10,422 nt of DNA from an uncultured Haloferula sp. (GTDB taxonomy: Bacteria; Verrucomicrobiota; Verrucomicrobiia; Verrucomicrobiales; Akkermansiaceae), in the NCBI GenBank assembly GCA_965652295.1, contig CBFGTS010000028.1, positions 1-10,422 of the forward strand, written 5' to 3'. This document shows positions 7,353-10,422 of this stretch, piece after piece (position 1 is the first letter of the stretch; the number at the start of each line of letters is the position of its first letter). A program made the position numbers and the translations under genes. The notes beneath the pieces are model-generated. The model saw only the letters and a program-made list of their open reading frames with translations, had not been told where the DNA came from and ran no database searches.

Positions 7353-7394
7353 CCGGACCGACGAAACGCAAGCGAGCAGACATCCATCCCGCCC

Positions 7395-7424
7395 CTGAAC
7401 ACTGAAAACGGAACTCTAGCAAAC
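7395..7424 (-). repeat. Internal degenerate copy of the repeat, ending at the ATG
   Basis: CTGAACACTGAAAACGGAACTCTAGCAAAC, 25/30 identical to the reverse complement of 7318-7347. Confidence 0.9.
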
Positions 7425-7802
7425 ATGTTCACGACCTTTGAAGATCTTGAAGTCTGGAAGCGCGGCTGCCAGTTGGCGGTCGATGTTCATGTCGCTCTGG
7501 CGGAGTCCAAGGACTTCGCTCTCCGGGGGCAGATGGAGCGCTCATCCCTTTCGATTCCCTCGAACATCGCCGAGGGTGCCGAGCGGGACAGCGATGGCGA
7601 CTTCATCCGGTTTCTACGCATCAGCAAAGGCTCCTGCGGCGAACTCCGCACCCAGCTCTTCATTTCCGAGCGCGTCCGCCAATGCCTCAAGATGCCATCC
7701 CTCAAAGGCTCGCGTGAAATGATCAGCGAAACCCGCGAGATCTCCGCCATGCTCCAAGGCCTCATCCAAAGCATCCAGCGCCGCCAACAGAAATCTTCCT
7801 GA
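7425..7802 (+). CDS. Four helix bundle protein (23S rRNA-IVP / TIGR02436-like), 125 aa
   Basis: MFTTFEDLEVWK...DFALRGQMERSSLSIPSNIAEGAER....DFIRFLRISKGSCGELRTQL shows the family signature F.DL.VW, Q..R...SI..NIAEG, F..FL.I..GS..E..TQL. Start at ATG 7425. Confidence 0.92.
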   Translation: MFTTFEDLEVWKRGCQLAVDVHVALAESKDFALRGQMERSSLSIPSNIAEGAERDSDGDFIRFLRISKGSCGELRTQLFISERVRQCLKMPSLKGSREMISETREISAMLQGLIQSIQRRQQKSS

Positions 7803-7898
7803 AAGCCAGCAAAATTCAGCTTGCCACCTCGTCCATCCGTCCAGCGCCGCCAGCAGATTCTTCCTGAAAACTGAACACTGAAAACTAGCAAACTTCAG
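7774..7898 (+). repeat. Imperfect direct duplication of the gene 3' end plus repeat arm
   Basis: 7774-7819 TCCAGCGCCGCCAACAGAAATCTTCCTGAAA-GCCAGCAAAATTCAG versus 7840-7898 TCCAGCGCCGCCAGCAGATTCTTCCTGAAA-[ACTGAACACTGAAA]-ACTAGCAAACTTCAG. Confidence 0.85.
7859..7896 (-). repeat. Right 38-bp inverted-repeat arm
   Basis: TCTTCCTGAAAACTGAACACTGAAAACTAGCAAACTTC, a 38/38 reverse-complement match to 7315-7352. Confidence 0.97.
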
Positions 7899-7948
7899 TC
7901 CGCACCTCTCCCGCTCCCTTACCTTCACCGCACACCGCCACCTCGAAC

Positions 7949-10422
<2,474 letters not shown>

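Larger units (their letters stand above)
7315..7896. mobile_element. Putative non-autonomous/IVS-like cassette: four-helix-bundle gene between perfect 38-bp inverted repeats
   Basis: 582-bp unit interrupting nrdB-nrdA, with sharp repeat-defined ends. No transposase and no clear target-site duplication, so mobility is inferred only. Confidence 0.5.

Noticed and set aside
7320..7891. Two opposite-strand ORFs both starting MLVFSVQFSGR (7320+ and 7891-)
   Set aside because: Artefact of translating the inverted-repeat arms; family similarity starts at ATG 7425.
7315..7896. CRISPR array, classical IS, or rRNA intervening sequence
   Set aside because: No regularly spaced direct repeats with spacers, no transposase motifs or target-site duplication, and the flanks are protein genes rather than rRNA.
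7774..7898. DGR template/variable repeat pair (Avd-like protein plus near-duplicate at a gene end)
   Set aside because: Repeats are too short, differences are not confined to adenines and include indels, and there is no reverse transcriptase in the window.

Overview
High-GC bacterial chromosomal window; gene content and style suggest Verrucomicrobiota/PVC (inference). Left to right: 5' part of dnaG (minus strand, runs off the left edge, absent from the ORF track); a REP-like doublet; a 790-aa secreted multidomain beta-helix protein (minus); an M42 metallopeptidase (plus); an ~800-bp intergenic region with a second REP-like doublet and an RNR control region in which two NrdR-like boxes bracket two DnaA boxes; then a class I ribonucleotide reductase locus in the order nrdB-nrdA (nrdA runs off the right edge, also absent from the track). 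Three features stand out. (1) A 582-bp cassette between nrdB and nrdA carries one four-helix-bundle (23S rRNA-IVP/TIGR02436-like) gene between perfect 38-bp inverted repeats built of heptamers, with extra internal repeat copies and no transposase. (2) NrdB lacks the radical tyrosine (Leu instead) and has Glu as first metal ligand, predicting a class Ic Mn/Fe enzyme. (3) NrdA has three N-terminal ATP-cone-like units. Family assignments are by eye from recalled motifs; no searches were run.
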